Positions 8,675-20,249 of a stretch of 64,000 nucleotides of DNA are shown here, piece after piece. Numbering within the stretch: the stretch's first letter is position 1; every line of letters starts with the position of its first letter. The stretch is taken from the IMG/VR virus record IMGVR_UViG_3300016486_001578. The stretch is one strand, 5' to 3'. The stretch comes from a virus (lineage: Duplodnaviria; Caudoviricetes). The translations under genes and the position numbers were made by a program. Under the pieces are notes generated by a model. That model saw only the letters and a program-made list of their open reading frames with translations. It made no database searches and was not told the origin of the DNA.

Positions 8675-9751
8675 ATGCACAATTTCATTTCATTCATAAA
8701 AGAAAGTGAAAGCAAGATTATTAAATATTATGCCTTTGATTGGGATGATAATATTGTTAATATGCCGACCGTTATACATATGGAAAAACTAATTGATGGT
8801 GATTGGGTACCAACTGATGTTTCTACATCAGAATTTGCTGAGGTAAGAGGTGATAAAGAAAATTGGAGACTATTAAGTGATCCAGAGAAATCATTCTCTG
8901 AATTTAGAGATACAGGACCAAGGGGCGAAGTAGCCTTCTTAGAAGACCTAAAACACGCAATTGAATTAGGCAATTATGGCCCAGCTTGGGATGATTTTAT
9001 AGAGTGCTTAACGACTGGTTCGTTATTTGCTATAATAACTGCGAGGGGACATGAGCCAAAAGCAATAAGAACTGGAATAGAATGGTTATTAGATAATGTT
9101 TTGTCTCCTGACCAAATGTATGATATGTATAATCATTTGATGAAATTCGCATATCTATTCAGAGATGAAGAAGAATTTGATAGATTATTAAAAGGAAAAC
9201 CATCCGAGAATAAACTAATATCTAAATTTTTAGATAGTTGTGATTATGTTGGTGTTTCTGCTCCATCAAGAGGATCGGACTCAGCATCGAATCCGGAAAA
9301 GGCTAAAGTAAATGCTTTGTTGGAATTTAAAACAAAAGTTAATGATTTATGCTCACAGATAGGATACAAAGCGATGGTTGGGTTTTCGGATGATGACTTA
9401 GGTAATGTAAAACATATCGAAGACTTAGTTGATAGCTTAACACACGAACAGTTCCCGAATATAATAAAATATGTAGTTAAGGGAACTAATGATCCAAAAA
9501 ACATGACCAAAACAGTTAGAACAATGGGTCCACCAAAAGATACTACACTAACAGAAACAAATCAAGCACCTGGATTAGAATCATCTATTATGCCGTTTTC
9601 TTCATTTAATAATATGACTACCCGGCTTTACCCAAGTGGTGAAAAAAATAGACAAGATGATTTTGCTAATCGGTTTCAAAAAAAAACTGAAAAATTAGCT
9701 AAAATGTCTAAAGAATTGGTAAAACCAGTTAAGAAGAAAAAAAAGAAATAA
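8675..9751 (+). CDS. HAD-superfamily phosphatase-like protein
   Basis: AFDWDDN (DxD), ITARG, GFSDDD motifs. Confidence 0.7.
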   Translation: MHNFISFIKESESKIIKYYAFDWDDNIVNMPTVIHMEKLIDGDWVPTDVSTSEFAEVRGDKENWRLLSDPEKSFSEFRDTGPRGEVAFLEDLKHAIELGNYGPAWDDFIECLTTGSLFAIITARGHEPKAIRTGIEWLLDNVLSPDQMYDMYNHLMKFAYLFRDEEEFDRLLKGKPSENKLISKFLDSCDYVGVSAPSRGSDSASNPEKAKVNALLEFKTKVNDLCSQIGYKAMVGFSDDDLGNVKHIEDLVDSLTHEQFPNIIKYVVKGTNDPKNMTKTVRTMGPPKDTTLTETNQAPGLESSIMPFSSFNNMTTRLYPSGEKNRQDDFANRFQKKTEKLAKMSKELVKPVKKKKKK

Positions 9752-9754
9752 TCT

Positions 9755-9783
9755 AAAGACCCAAACATTTGGGTCTTTTTTTT
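9755..9783 (+). terminator. intrinsic terminator
   Basis: AAAGACCCAAA-CA-TTTGGGTCTTTTTTTT. Confidence 0.75.
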
Positions 9784-9806
9784 GGTTAATTTTTAATATA
9801 TAAATA

Positions 9807-11588
9807 ATGTTAAAGTATATAGAATTCATATTAGAAAATGCTGATAATTTTAAATTATATTATTCGTATGATTTTAAATATATTCTAAAAAATATGGAAT
9901 CAGATAAAGTAGCAAAACTTTTATTACAAATAGAGGACAACTCATATTTTACTGGAAAACAAACACTAATTGATATTACTGATAAGAACGATAAGATTTC
10001 TTTTGTACAGAGTAATAGAATTTCTAGAAAAACACCAAAACTTAAAGATGAGATAAACTTACCAATTACAATAAGAAATAGTCAAATGACAAACAGATAT
10101 CCTTTGTGGGATTCTAATAGAACCGAGATGTCTATAGGTAGATGGGTAAATAAGACATTCACTGACGTTTTACAAAAACACGATAAATCATTATCTTTAA
10201 GTAATTCTGATTTAGAAAAATTTGTAAATAATTATAAATCAACATATGATGAGGGAACTGACTTAGGTCTTGAATTAGTAGAGGGAGAAGAAATAAGACA
10301 TTGGTATTGTTTTGAAAATTACGAAAAGCGAGATGGTCAATTAGGTAGCTCTTGTATGAGACAGAAACGTAAATCTAAATTTTTTGATATTTATGTTAAA
10401 AATCCAGATGCTTGTAAGTTATTAATATTAAAATCTAAAGAAGATGAAACAAAAATAAAAGGACGTGCATTAGTTTGGAGATTAGATAATGGTGATTACT
10501 ACCAAGATAGGATATATACACATGCTGATCACGATTTTGTATCATTTGAAAAATGGGCTAAGAAGAAAGGAATGAAATATTATAGCAATAATGAGTATGA
10601 TATTATGAAAATAACACTTGGTACTGATGGTGACTTTGAATATGAATACTACCCATATATGGATACCTTCAAATATTATAGCCCGGGCGAAAAAATATTA
10701 ACAAATAATGAATCTAAGTTTCCAAATTGGGGATATCAAAGACTCGAAAGTGTTGATGGTGGTTTTGATCCAGAAGATTCGGTTTGGTCTGATTGGGATG
10801 ATAGTTTTATATCAGCACGAGATTCAATAGAAACAATAGATGCTGGGATAATGAGAAAGGATCAAGCAATTTATGTAAAATTTAGAGATGAGTGGTATTC
10901 ACCAGATTATTATAACTTAGTATATTCTAATACTGACCAAGAAACACACCATATAGATGATTGTGTATTTAGTGAGATATTAGATGATTGGTTGTTCGTC
11001 ACAGATGATTTGATTGAATTGGAGGGAGGGGATTATTGTAGCAAAGATATGGAATACCTCTATTTTAAATCTGATGATAAATATTTTTCTAGGATTTATT
11101 GGATAAGAGACCCATTTACTAGTAATTTAATAGACAAAGAATCATTTAAAGACATAAATAAAAAACTAAAATCAGAGTTAGGAGATTATGATAAAGCTGA
11201 GTCTAGATTGATGGAAATTTTCAAAAATAAAGACTTTGATATAGAAAAGGTGTATAATTATATTAATAATAATAAATTTTATATCAAAGAAGTACGAAAC
11301 ATCTATTGGGGTATGGATCACAAACCGGATCCTAATTTAATTTTAGAAATAATAATAAATAGTATACCATTAAATATTAAAGATAGAATTAGAGTTGGGC
11401 CTTCATTTCTTGATATAAATAAAAAAATGGTATTCTATTCCGGTGATGATTGTCCGAATATAAATGGATGGCAATATTTACTAAAAGATAGAGTTTTTAA
11501 ATTTATTAAATTCTTTGATTATGAACTACTTGGAGAGGAGATATATAAAATATTCGTTTACTTTAACACAAAGAATAGAGAACAATAA
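9807..11588 (+). CDS. 'SCM' family phage protein, paralog 1
   Basis: LGSSCM...GRALVW...DRIY...YPYMDT shared with 36105 and 40798. Confidence 0.75.
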   Translation: MLKYIEFILENADNFKLYYSYDFKYILKNMESDKVAKLLLQIEDNSYFTGKQTLIDITDKNDKISFVQSNRISRKTPKLKDEINLPITIRNSQMTNRYPLWDSNRTEMSIGRWVNKTFTDVLQKHDKSLSLSNSDLEKFVNNYKSTYDEGTDLGLELVEGEEIRHWYCFENYEKRDGQLGSSCMRQKRKSKFFDIYVKNPDACKLLILKSKEDETKIKGRALVWRLDNGDYYQDRIYTHADHDFVSFEKWAKKKGMKYYSNNEYDIMKITLGTDGDFEYEYYPYMDTFKYYSPGEKILTNNESKFPNWGYQRLESVDGGFDPEDSVWSDWDDSFISARDSIETIDAGIMRKDQAIYVKFRDEWYSPDYYNLVYSNTDQETHHIDDCVFSEILDDWLFVTDDLIELEGGDYCSKDMEYLYFKSDDKYFSRIYWIRDPFTSNLIDKESFKDINKKLKSELGDYDKAESRLMEIFKNKDFDIEKVYNYINNNKFYIKEVRNIYWGMDHKPDPNLILEIIINSIPLNIKDRIRVGPSFLDINKKMVFYSGDDCPNINGWQYLLKDRVFKFIKFFDYELLGEEIYKIFVYFNTKNREQ

Positions 11589-11611
11589 AGTATTTTGTCC
11601 ATATAAAAAAC

Positions 11612-12802
11612 GTGGATAAATCTTATATAAGGGGAATAACCCAAAAAATACTAAATAAAGAATTCGCTTCTACTAATAGAAGAAAGATAGTGGAATATGG
11701 CGATAGGCTGAATTTGAGCTGTCCATATTGTGGTGATGGTAGGTCCGAATATAAAAAAAGAGGTAATATATACTTCAATAGATTGTTCTACATTTGCTTT
11801 AATTGTGATAAAAAGACAACATTTGATAAATTTTGCAAAGATTATCATGAACAAATAGATCCTAGTAAAAAGTTAGAGATGATAGAATATTTAGATTCTG
11901 TTATGACATACTCCGACTTTGAGGGTGATTTTATGGATGCTAGAATAGAGAATCTAATAGATATGAAGGATCTAGAAAAGGCAATATTATCTAATGTTAC
12001 ACCAATAAGTGATTTTCAACCAATAAAAGTAGGTGGTGGTATTTATAAATACCTCATAAACAGAGGAATAAAAAAAGAACTACATAAAAACATATACCAA
12101 GGAAAATTCTGGATAAACGAAGACCAATCCGAGTGGATTATAATAATGCTAAATAGGCGAGATGATAAAATACTAGGTCTACAAATTAGAAACCTAAAAT
12201 CTGGACGTAGACGTATGTTCAAAATATACAACTATGAGAATGTATTTGAGTGGGTATCTTTAATAAACCCAGATAAGAAAGAATTAGATGTTAATCAAAT
12301 GGTTATTTATAATAAATTGTCATATTACTTTAATATACTAAATATAGATGTTTCTAGAACAATAACTGTCTTTGAGGGATATTTAGATTCTCTTTTCTAT
12401 CCAAATTCTATTGGATTAGTTGGTGTTAATACTGATTATAGGTTCTTAGAAAATAATGATCTAGATATACAATATTTCTTCGATAATGATGATGCTGGGT
12501 TTTCTAAATCAGAAGAAAAAATAGAAATAGGATATCCAGTTTTTTTATGGAAAAAACTATTCGAGGATATAGTTGATAAAAAAAATGATAAAGATCCATA
12601 TAGGTTATTACATAGAATATCGAAAGTTAAAGATATAAATAAATTAGATGAGCTAATAAATGGCTCTTATGGTAAATTAAAATTATATAATTATTTTAGT
12701 AGTGATGTTTTGGACAAAAAATGGATACCAAAAGTTGGTAAAAAGAAATATAACAATGATATTGATTATAATAGAAAATTTGATTCTTTTAATAAACTTT
12801 AA
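11612..12802 (+). CDS. DNA primase, T4 gp61-like
   Basis: CPYCGD/CFNC zinc ribbon; TOPRIM VFEGYLD...FDND; KDIN. Confidence 0.85.
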   Translation: MDKSYIRGITQKILNKEFASTNRRKIVEYGDRLNLSCPYCGDGRSEYKKRGNIYFNRLFYICFNCDKKTTFDKFCKDYHEQIDPSKKLEMIEYLDSVMTYSDFEGDFMDARIENLIDMKDLEKAILSNVTPISDFQPIKVGGGIYKYLINRGIKKELHKNIYQGKFWINEDQSEWIIIMLNRRDDKILGLQIRNLKSGRRRMFKIYNYENVFEWVSLINPDKKELDVNQMVIYNKLSYYFNILNIDVSRTITVFEGYLDSLFYPNSIGLVGVNTDYRFLENNDLDIQYFFDNDDAGFSKSEEKIEIGYPVFLWKKLFEDIVDKKNDKDPYRLLHRISKVKDINKLDELINGSYGKLKLYNYFSSDVLDKKWIPKVGKKKYNNDIDYNRKFDSFNKL

Positions 12803-13266
12803 ATAAACTTTATATTGTGGTGATTTATATTTTTTTGTGATAAAAAATCTCTAAAATCTATATTCCCTCTCTCTGAATTACAAGGCTGACAACAGACTAT
12901 TAAGTTGACTTGTGTATTATTACCACCATTGGAAATAGGAACAATATGATCAGCCGTTGCATTATCGTAATTTAATTCATCATCACAATATAAACATTTG
13001 GCATCCCTGTTTCTATCTAAAAAATTCTTAGCATAGCCACTTGTTCTCCTTTTGACATTTTTACCACTATATTTCAAACCAACTACAACAAATTCTTTTC
13101 TGAATTTGAATTTCTTCCGGTATATCTCACAAGGTCGGTAATTTTTATTAATTAGTATAGCTATTATTATAAGATATTTCCACCTTTCGTATATTTTATA
13201 ATCCACTGATAGGAAGTGGTTATTTTTTGCTTTAACCAATATTTTCAATATTTTAAATATACTCAT
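12799..13266 (-). CDS. HNH endonuclease
   Basis: CLYC...TADHIVPISNGG...NLIVCCQPCN. Confidence 0.85.
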   Translation of the reverse strand: MSIFKILKILVKAKNNHFLSVDYKIYERWKYLIIIAILINKNYRPCEIYRKKFKFRKEFVVVGLKYSGKNVKRRTSGYAKNFLDRNRDAKCLYCDDELNYDNATADHIVPISNGGNNTQVNLIVCCQPCNSERGNIDFRDFLSQKNINHHNIKFI

Positions 13267-13318
13267 TTTCTAATTGTATATATTATAAAAACCATTTTCC
13301 TAAAAAAATATATAATAT

Positions 13319-13993
13319 ATGTCTGATAATAAAAAGAAAAAATATGTTGTTAATTTAAACATACCAAGGGATGGTGGTTTAAAGAAAACAATTGAACTGA
13401 ATATATCAAGTAAACCAAGGAGAAAGCCTTTACCGGTGGCCAAAAATGACACACCAAGGGGCGTTGGTGGTTTTATTTCTTATGTATTTTTAGATAGTTT
13501 TTTTGGATGGAGAAACATAAAATGGCTTTTATCAGAAATAGCTAAAATATATTCAGCCGAGCCTTCTTATTTTTCCAAAAAGAGAGTAGAATCTAGTATA
13601 GCCTTTATAATTGGTCAATTTGGTATGATATTCTATTTTTGTCATAATTATGAATCACTTGTTATGTCGGATTTGATGCTATGGGCATCCGCTGAGTTTG
13701 TTATAGCTGGTTATTATGTGAATAAGATACAAAGTGAGAAAAAAGAATTTCCTGATAACGGCGGAGATTATTTTGACCCAGAAGATTATGTAGATCCCAA
13801 TGATCCAAGTGGTTATGTAGATCCTAATGATCCAAATGGTTATGTAGATCCTAATGATCCAAATGGTTATGTAGATCCAAATGGTAACCAAGATGGATCA
13901 AACAACCAAAATGTTGTTAACAATAATGGTAGAAATAATCATAAAGATGGACCAATTGATCCAAGTGACCTAGACTCAGAATATTACAAATAG
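13319..13993 (+). CDS. membrane protein with YVDPNDPNG repeats
   Basis: Two to three hydrophobic segments; 27-nt tandem repeats at ~13787-13885. Confidence 0.7.
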   Translation: MSDNKKKKYVVNLNIPRDGGLKKTIELNISSKPRRKPLPVAKNDTPRGVGGFISYVFLDSFFGWRNIKWLLSEIAKIYSAEPSYFSKKRVESSIAFIIGQFGMIFYFCHNYESLVMSDLMLWASAEFVIAGYYVNKIQSEKKEFPDNGGDYFDPEDYVDPNDPSGYVDPNDPNGYVDPNDPNGYVDPNGNQDGSNNQNVVNNNGRNNHKDGPIDPSDLDSEYYK

Positions 13994-14026
13994 ATTGGAA
14001 TATATTATATTTTAATATATAATTTC

Positions 14027-16495
14027 ATGTCCATCAATACTAAAATAACACTCAAAACAAAATCAGGCCCAGGTGAGATAGTTGGTAAAACCGAATTAGA
14101 AATGGTTGATGGTTATGTTGAATTTACTAAAATTCAATTCACAGAACCAGGCGATTATGTTGTTTCTGTAGTGCCATCAAATTCAGAAGAGTTAGAACTA
14201 GGTGAGTTTGAAATAAGTGTATCACCACAAGAAGAGTTCATTCCACAAGAAGACTCTGATGAAGTCGAAGATAAAAAAATAGATGGAGTTAGACCAATAA
14301 TTGCACAAATAACACAACCAACAATTAAGTTAGATCCAATGGAATTCGAAACTAGTGATAATGATAGAGATAATGCTGATATAGGAAGCTCAATAGGATA
14401 TACACCATTTGTTTGGTATAATGGAATACAAATACAAACAAAAGATATAATAAAATTATTTTTATACTATGATAACTTAGTACCTAAGTGTAAATTGACG
14501 ATAATTGACACACTTGGTTTGATAAATACACCAGAGACTATGCCATTGAATGATACTAAATTTGAGATATTTTTTAATTCAGGGTCGGAGTTATTAAAAT
14601 CTATACATCTAAAATTTAAATTAGAAATAAACCAATTAAATAAAAATAACACAAACTCAATAACAGGAACGATAGACTTGGTTGATTTTTATAAAGGAGC
14701 ATATGAATCAAATGTAGGAACATCATATGATGTTTTGAAAAAGGTATCCTCCAAACTTAGCCTTGGATTTAACTCAAATATAGGAAATACATCAGATGAG
14801 ATGAAGTGGATAAGAAGAGGATCTAAATACTCGGAATATATTTCAAATATAATAAAACATTCATATATATCCGATAACTCTTTTTTGATGGGATATGTAG
14901 ATTTTTATTGGTGTTTTAATTATATTGATTTAGAAAAGGAATGGACTAGGGATATATCAAGTGATGTTGGTGTAAACTCACAAGGAATATCATCAATAAG
15001 TAATGGAGAGAATTTATTACCAATGGTTCTAACTAATGACAAATCAGATAGCTCATCATCCTTTTATTTTTCGGATTATAGATTAAATAATAATTCAACA
15101 TATAGGACAACAAATAATGGTGTATTCACGACATCAAAGGTATATGATAGAATAAAAAAACAATTTTTAAAATTTGATATAGATTCTATAACATCAAACG
15201 CTGATGATAACATAATATTAAAGGGCGCACCAAGTGATTCCAATGAATTAAAAGATAATTTTATATCTAAATATGGTGGCAAGATAGACACAGATAATGT
15301 GCATGAAAATTATCAATATTCGGTTGAACAAAATAGGAGAAATTTAGAAAACTTAGATAATATATCAATAGATATGACATTACCTCAGCCAAATTTTAAC
15401 ATATACCTTTATCAAAAGGTTGAAATTCTTTTTATAAATGAAAAACAAACTGTTGTTAATGAAAAAATAAAAGATGAGAGGCTATCCGGTGGTTGGTTAA
15501 TAACAGATATATCCTTTGTTTGGATAAATGGATCACTAAAACAGAGGCTATCAGCATCTAGAAAAGAATTAGGTAAAACGAAAAACGAAAGAGAAGAACA
15601 AAGAACATCCACCGATAAAAGTGTAAATAATTCAGAAATAAATGAAAACCCAGTAACAGAAGAAGTTGAGCAAAACATTGGCGACTTTGTATTCGGTGAT
15701 GAAGTATCTGGTGATAATTCATTATTGGGAGAAGAATATACCGAAGAATTTGGCGGACTTAGTGAAGAAGATATGCTAGTAGAGGAATTAAGTGAACATA
15801 TAGGATCTGAGGTTAATTTACAAGAAGAAGAAATAGATATAAAGAGTTCTGATTCATATAATGGATTAGATAAAAACCCAGAAACTTGGTCAAATAGTGG
15901 TATAATAGTAATTGGTAGCAAAGTACCATCTGATATATCCGGTCCACCAAAGGTATTTAATAAAATAACTATAAATAATACCATAAAAGAAAAATACATA
16001 CCAATAATAGAGAAGATGGATGTTACTATTGGTACTAGATTGTTAGCAACAATAATGACACAAAAAGAGGGGTTTAAGGAAGGAACTAGATCTTTCAAAA
16101 CAAACAATCCTGGTAATATAGGAAATATAGATAATGGTAGCAACAAGGAATTAAAAACATTAGAAGATGGTATAGAATTACAAATCGATTATATTAATAA
16201 AGTTGCTGTTGGTAAACACACATCATACCCAATAGGTAAGAAGAAATTAGTGAAGCCTTATTATTCAAAAGAGATATCAAATAACCCACAATATAAACTA
16301 ACGCCCTTTTTACCAGGATATGAATTTAATTATAGTGGAAAAATAGAAGAATATGTTAAAATATATTCAACTGGAGCAAGGGTCAGTAATTCTTATATAA
16401 GTATGATAGTTTCTTGGTTCAACATAAATGGTTATAATTGGGTAAACTCAGAGACAACCATAAAAGAATTAACAAGAATAAATAACACAGCATAA
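14027..16495 (+). CDS. probable baseplate/tail protein with C-terminal lysozyme-like domain
   Basis: Baseplate context; QKEG...NNPGNI motif. Confidence 0.55.
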   Translation: MSINTKITLKTKSGPGEIVGKTELEMVDGYVEFTKIQFTEPGDYVVSVVPSNSEELELGEFEISVSPQEEFIPQEDSDEVEDKKIDGVRPIIAQITQPTIKLDPMEFETSDNDRDNADIGSSIGYTPFVWYNGIQIQTKDIIKLFLYYDNLVPKCKLTIIDTLGLINTPETMPLNDTKFEIFFNSGSELLKSIHLKFKLEINQLNKNNTNSITGTIDLVDFYKGAYESNVGTSYDVLKKVSSKLSLGFNSNIGNTSDEMKWIRRGSKYSEYISNIIKHSYISDNSFLMGYVDFYWCFNYIDLEKEWTRDISSDVGVNSQGISSISNGENLLPMVLTNDKSDSSSSFYFSDYRLNNNSTYRTTNNGVFTTSKVYDRIKKQFLKFDIDSITSNADDNIILKGAPSDSNELKDNFISKYGGKIDTDNVHENYQYSVEQNRRNLENLDNISIDMTLPQPNFNIYLYQKVEILFINEKQTVVNEKIKDERLSGGWLITDISFVWINGSLKQRLSASRKELGKTKNEREEQRTSTDKSVNNSEINENPVTEEVEQNIGDFVFGDEVSGDNSLLGEEYTEEFGGLSEEDMLVEELSEHIGSEVNLQEEEIDIKSSDSYNGLDKNPETWSNSGIIVIGSKVPSDISGPPKVFNKITINNTIKEKYIPIIEKMDVTIGTRLLATIMTQKEGFKEGTRSFKTNNPGNIGNIDNGSNKELKTLEDGIELQIDYINKVAVGKHTSYPIGKKKLVKPYYSKEISNNPQYKLTPFLPGYEFNYSGKIEEYVKIYSTGARVSNSYISMIVSWFNINGYNWVNSETTIKELTRINNTA

Positions 16496-16549
16496 TTCTA
16501 TGTAGTTAACAGTTTATTTTATATATAATATAAATTTAAATCATAATAA

Positions 16550-18433
16550 ATGCCAATAGGAAAAGAGTCACTCGCAAAAGAGTCATTAGATAAATTAAAA
16601 AATAAAGCGACTGCAACTGCTGAGGGCCTTAAAAGACAATATGGCATAGGTGGTGATGGACCAACTTGGCCACAAACAAAATATGAGCCAATAACAGGAT
16701 CATCAGGACTTTCTCTATACCCAAATCACAAAACCAGAGGGTTCTTACCACCAGTTAATATCAATCCTATTCTAGACTCCGAAAGGAAAGTCGGTAATTA
16801 TGTATATAAAGATTGGAGAGGACACCAATTATCATTAAATACTAACCAATTAGAAACAAAGGATAGATTTGATGAAGGAATAAATATACCCAAATCAAGC
16901 TCAGAATTAATAGATTCGCCATACTCAACAAGAGATACTTATTTAATATTTGGTGATAACTCACAAGATTATTTTAAACACGGATTACATATAATAGATG
17001 GATTAACACCAATAGAAAACCCAGAAAGTGGCAAATCTAATTTAAGACTTGGTAGTTTTACCGAGACACCATTTGAGAATAGTGATCCAATAGTATATGG
17101 TTTTGAAATAATAATAGATGATATTAGCTCACCATTATTAAATGGTTCTATATCAGACTTTCTTAGAAATTATTCTGGTGTTTCTGAAATAGAATCTAGA
17201 GTGAAGGTATATGAGGAATTTAAACAACAGTTTATAAAGTTCTTTAAAACAAAAGCAACGGTTAGAATAAATGATAGTGGTGATGGAATAACAAAAATGA
17301 GATCATCTGGATATCCAGAATCTGATAGCACCAAAAGTATATTCCAATCTGGCAAAAAATCATATTTTAATTATTATTTAAAAAAAATAGATGGGTTAGA
17401 TAAATTAGTCGAGGGTAACACACCAAAGAGTAAAAAATTCTTGAATAGCTATAATGATGATATAATAACACTATCATTTAGTGAAGATGTTTCGTTGAGT
17501 GTTGGTACATTAGCACACCTTTATAAATTATTATATTGGTCGAAGCCCAGAGGAAAAGGAATAGTTCCTGAAAATTTACTTAGATTTAATTGTGATATAA
17601 TAGTTTCGGAAGTAAGAAATTTCAATAGAGTAAGGAAGGCAACCGGTAGTGGTGAATTAGAAATAATAAAAGATAATGTTTCTAGGTACGTTTATTCACT
17701 AAAAGAGTGTCAATTTTACTTCAATAATATGCCACATGATTCTACTATAAACCTTGGAAATATAGCACCACACCCAGAGGGTAGTTATGTTGTTCAATTT
17801 GATTATAAATATTCAACTTCAAAATTAGAAAGGTTCATGCCAAGTGGTGATGGGTTTGGAAAGTATGTTGGTTATAATAATGGTGCTATATGGAAAATAG
17901 GAAACCCAGGTGAAAGAAGCAACAGAACGGGTACACAATCAATTGGCGGTGATACCTCAGTTCCTAGATTCTTCACAACTGGTGATAATACATTAAATAA
18001 ATCTGGCGTATTAGAGCCGTTTATTTTATCAACACCAATTGATAACCAATTTAAAAGAACTTTTTTTGATAACGATGATGGTTCATCAGATCAACTTAGT
18101 GGGTTGGAAAAATTCAAAAAGAATGCTAAGAGTGGTGCTAGAGAAATAAAAAATAGATTAGAAGACGTAGCGATAAGAGCAGCAACTCGTGAGTTACAAA
18201 CATTTATAAACACAAGAGCAGCAATTTTAAACAAAACATTAAACAAAATATTAAATTCCTCAGGAGTAACACAGATGAGACCACCTAGAAATATATATAC
18301 TGATAAAGGATTAACCCCTGGTCAAAGAATATTTTATGATATCCGGGGCGAGTTAGGAGACTTCCTAGGAGGCGCATTAGGTGGAGCCCTTGGAGGAGGT
18401 GGAATAACTAGTGGGGTATTTAATCCAAGATAA
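16550..18433 (+). CDS. probable virion structural protein
   Basis: Long ORF between hub-like and gp5-like genes. Confidence 0.45.
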   Translation: MPIGKESLAKESLDKLKNKATATAEGLKRQYGIGGDGPTWPQTKYEPITGSSGLSLYPNHKTRGFLPPVNINPILDSERKVGNYVYKDWRGHQLSLNTNQLETKDRFDEGINIPKSSSELIDSPYSTRDTYLIFGDNSQDYFKHGLHIIDGLTPIENPESGKSNLRLGSFTETPFENSDPIVYGFEIIIDDISSPLLNGSISDFLRNYSGVSEIESRVKVYEEFKQQFIKFFKTKATVRINDSGDGITKMRSSGYPESDSTKSIFQSGKKSYFNYYLKKIDGLDKLVEGNTPKSKKFLNSYNDDIITLSFSEDVSLSVGTLAHLYKLLYWSKPRGKGIVPENLLRFNCDIIVSEVRNFNRVRKATGSGELEIIKDNVSRYVYSLKECQFYFNNMPHDSTINLGNIAPHPEGSYVVQFDYKYSTSKLERFMPSGDGFGKYVGYNNGAIWKIGNPGERSNRTGTQSIGGDTSVPRFFTTGDNTLNKSGVLEPFILSTPIDNQFKRTFFDNDDGSSDQLSGLEKFKKNAKSGAREIKNRLEDVAIRAATRELQTFINTRAAILNKTLNKILNSSGVTQMRPPRNIYTDKGLTPGQRIFYDIRGELGDFLGGALGGALGGGGITSGVFNPR

Positions 18434-18437
18434 TAAA

Positions 18438-19601
18438 ATGATAGATTCAAATAAAACATATGTTGGTGTAGTAGAAGACAACCAAGATCCAAATAGGATA
18501 GGTAGAGTAAAGATAAGAGTGATGGGTATATTTGATGATATTCCATTAGAAGATATACCATGGGCAATGCCTTGGAAAGATTTAAATGGTAACGAATTCA
18601 ATGTTCCAGAGATAGGAAAAGTTGTTATTGTTATATTTGATGATGGTAATGAGAATAACCCAGAGTTTATTTATTCAGATCATTATAATATAAACCTCGA
18701 AGAAAAACTTAAGTCACTATCTGATGAGGATTATACTTCTATGAAGTCTATTATATTTGACCATAAAACACAAATATATGTGAATGATTCGGAGGGATTA
18801 AAGATAGACCATAAGTATAATAATTTGAACATAACAAATGGTGGAGTTGATATAAATCTAAAAGATAATAATGCTTCACTAAACTTAGGGGATTCAACAG
18901 CATCACAACAAGCCATATTAGGAAACCATTTTCTTGATTGGGTTGGTAAATTTTTAGAAGCACTACAATCTGGATCGCTAATGAACCAAGCTGGACCAGC
19001 TGTGCCGAACCCGGCTATGTTAAAATTAATCGTAGAATTTAATTCATTAAAAGATTTAAATTTTTTATCACACCATGTTAATATAGCAGATAATAATAAA
19101 ATAACAACAGTAAATAGCGAGGAAAGAGAGGATGATCCACAATATGGTGATACATGGACATCAACAAAAGAAGATAATGAATTAACTTCTAAGAAAGAAG
19201 AAAGCTTTGCATCAAAAGAAGGACCGAAAGATGAATATAATAAACCAATAAGTATACCAGTTTCACAAAACCAAGACTCACAAACTGCAGAAAATGAGAT
19301 AGCAGTTCAAACAGGACTTACGCCTAATAGAATAGCCGAACTAAAACAAGCCGCTAGCCTTATTTCAATAGAGTTAGAAACAGGAAGCAATTTAAGTTGG
19401 TGGGATAATTTAACAAATATAGCAGAATTTTCAGAAATAAAAAAATTGTTAATTGGTATTAATTCAACTGCTGAAATGCAAGTTTTATCATCGTTCTATA
19501 AAAATATTTTTACATTAAATGGTAATTTATACCAAGACATCGCGCAAGAGTTTTCGGCAGACGAAGTCGCTACGATTCCTTTTTTAAGTTCAATTGCATA
19601 G
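18438..19601 (+). CDS. gp5/VgrG-type OB-fold baseplate spike; C-terminal ~105 aa probably foreign
   Basis: YVGVVEDNQDPNRIGRVKIRV...IPWA...VPEIG. Confidence 0.8.
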   Translation: MIDSNKTYVGVVEDNQDPNRIGRVKIRVMGIFDDIPLEDIPWAMPWKDLNGNEFNVPEIGKVVIVIFDDGNENNPEFIYSDHYNINLEEKLKSLSDEDYTSMKSIIFDHKTQIYVNDSEGLKIDHKYNNLNITNGGVDINLKDNNASLNLGDSTASQQAILGNHFLDWVGKFLEALQSGSLMNQAGPAVPNPAMLKLIVEFNSLKDLNFLSHHVNIADNNKITTVNSEEREDDPQYGDTWTSTKEDNELTSKKEESFASKEGPKDEYNKPISIPVSQNQDSQTAENEIAVQTGLTPNRIAELKQAASLISIELETGSNLSWWDNLTNIAEFSEIKKLLIGINSTAEMQVLSSFYKNIFTLNGNLYQDIAQEFSADEVATIPFLSSIA

Positions 19602-19709
19602 CTATGAATTTAGGCACAATTGGCACAGTTGAAATAGTTTTAACTTCAGATAGTATTAAAAATTACAGTTTTTATTTTAGTGATCATTACAAAAAAAATA
19701 AATTAAAGC

Positions 19710-20123
19710 ATGAAAAAAGGAAATTTTAAACGGAAACTAAAGCAATTTTTTGAAAAAGTACGGGAATTTTTTAAGGAACTAAACAGTGATTTAGATGAAT
19801 TTTTTGAAAATACAGTTAGACCGACTGTTCAATTTTTAGAAGTAATAAAATTATCGCTCAACAATCCAGCTATAAATATTTTAACTGTATTTATACCCGG
19901 AGAAATAGACGATAAAATAATTCGTAAACTTCGGGAAATTTTGCCGAAAATTATTATAAAATTAGGTATTGTAATAAATATTCAAGAACATTTTAGTCCA
20001 GAAAAAACTATAGATCTATATTGTAAAGAATTAAATAACTTACCCTTAGAATTAAAAAACGCCGCACTTCACATAGCATATAATCAATTAAAAGAAGAAA
20101 ACACTAATAAAAATGGCATATAA
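19710..20123 (+). CDS. hypothetical protein (foreign block)
   Basis: Uses CGG/CGT/CCG codons that are rare elsewhere. Confidence 0.6.
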   Translation: MKKGNFKRKLKQFFEKVREFFKELNSDLDEFFENTVRPTVQFLEVIKLSLNNPAINILTVFIPGEIDDKIIRKLREILPKIIIKLGIVINIQEHFSPEKTIDLYCKELNNLPLELKNAALHIAYNQLKEENTNKNGI

Positions 20124-20247
20124 AAAATTCACAACAAAGCAAATAGCCGCTCAAAAAATGTTTGCAAAAAATGCAAAGAAAGCCCGTTTATTAGTTAAAC
20201 AGGGTAAAGCCAAAAACCTTAAAGCAGCCTGGAAAAAATTAAAATAA
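20113..20247 (+). CDS. small very basic protein, 44 aa (foreign block)
   Basis: Read manually: MAYKKFTTKQIAAQKMFAKNAKKARLLVKQGKAKNLKAAWKKLK. Confidence 0.6.
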   Translation: MAYKKFTTKQIAAQKMFAKNAKKARLLVKQGKAKNLKAAWKKLK

Positions 20248-20249
20248 CC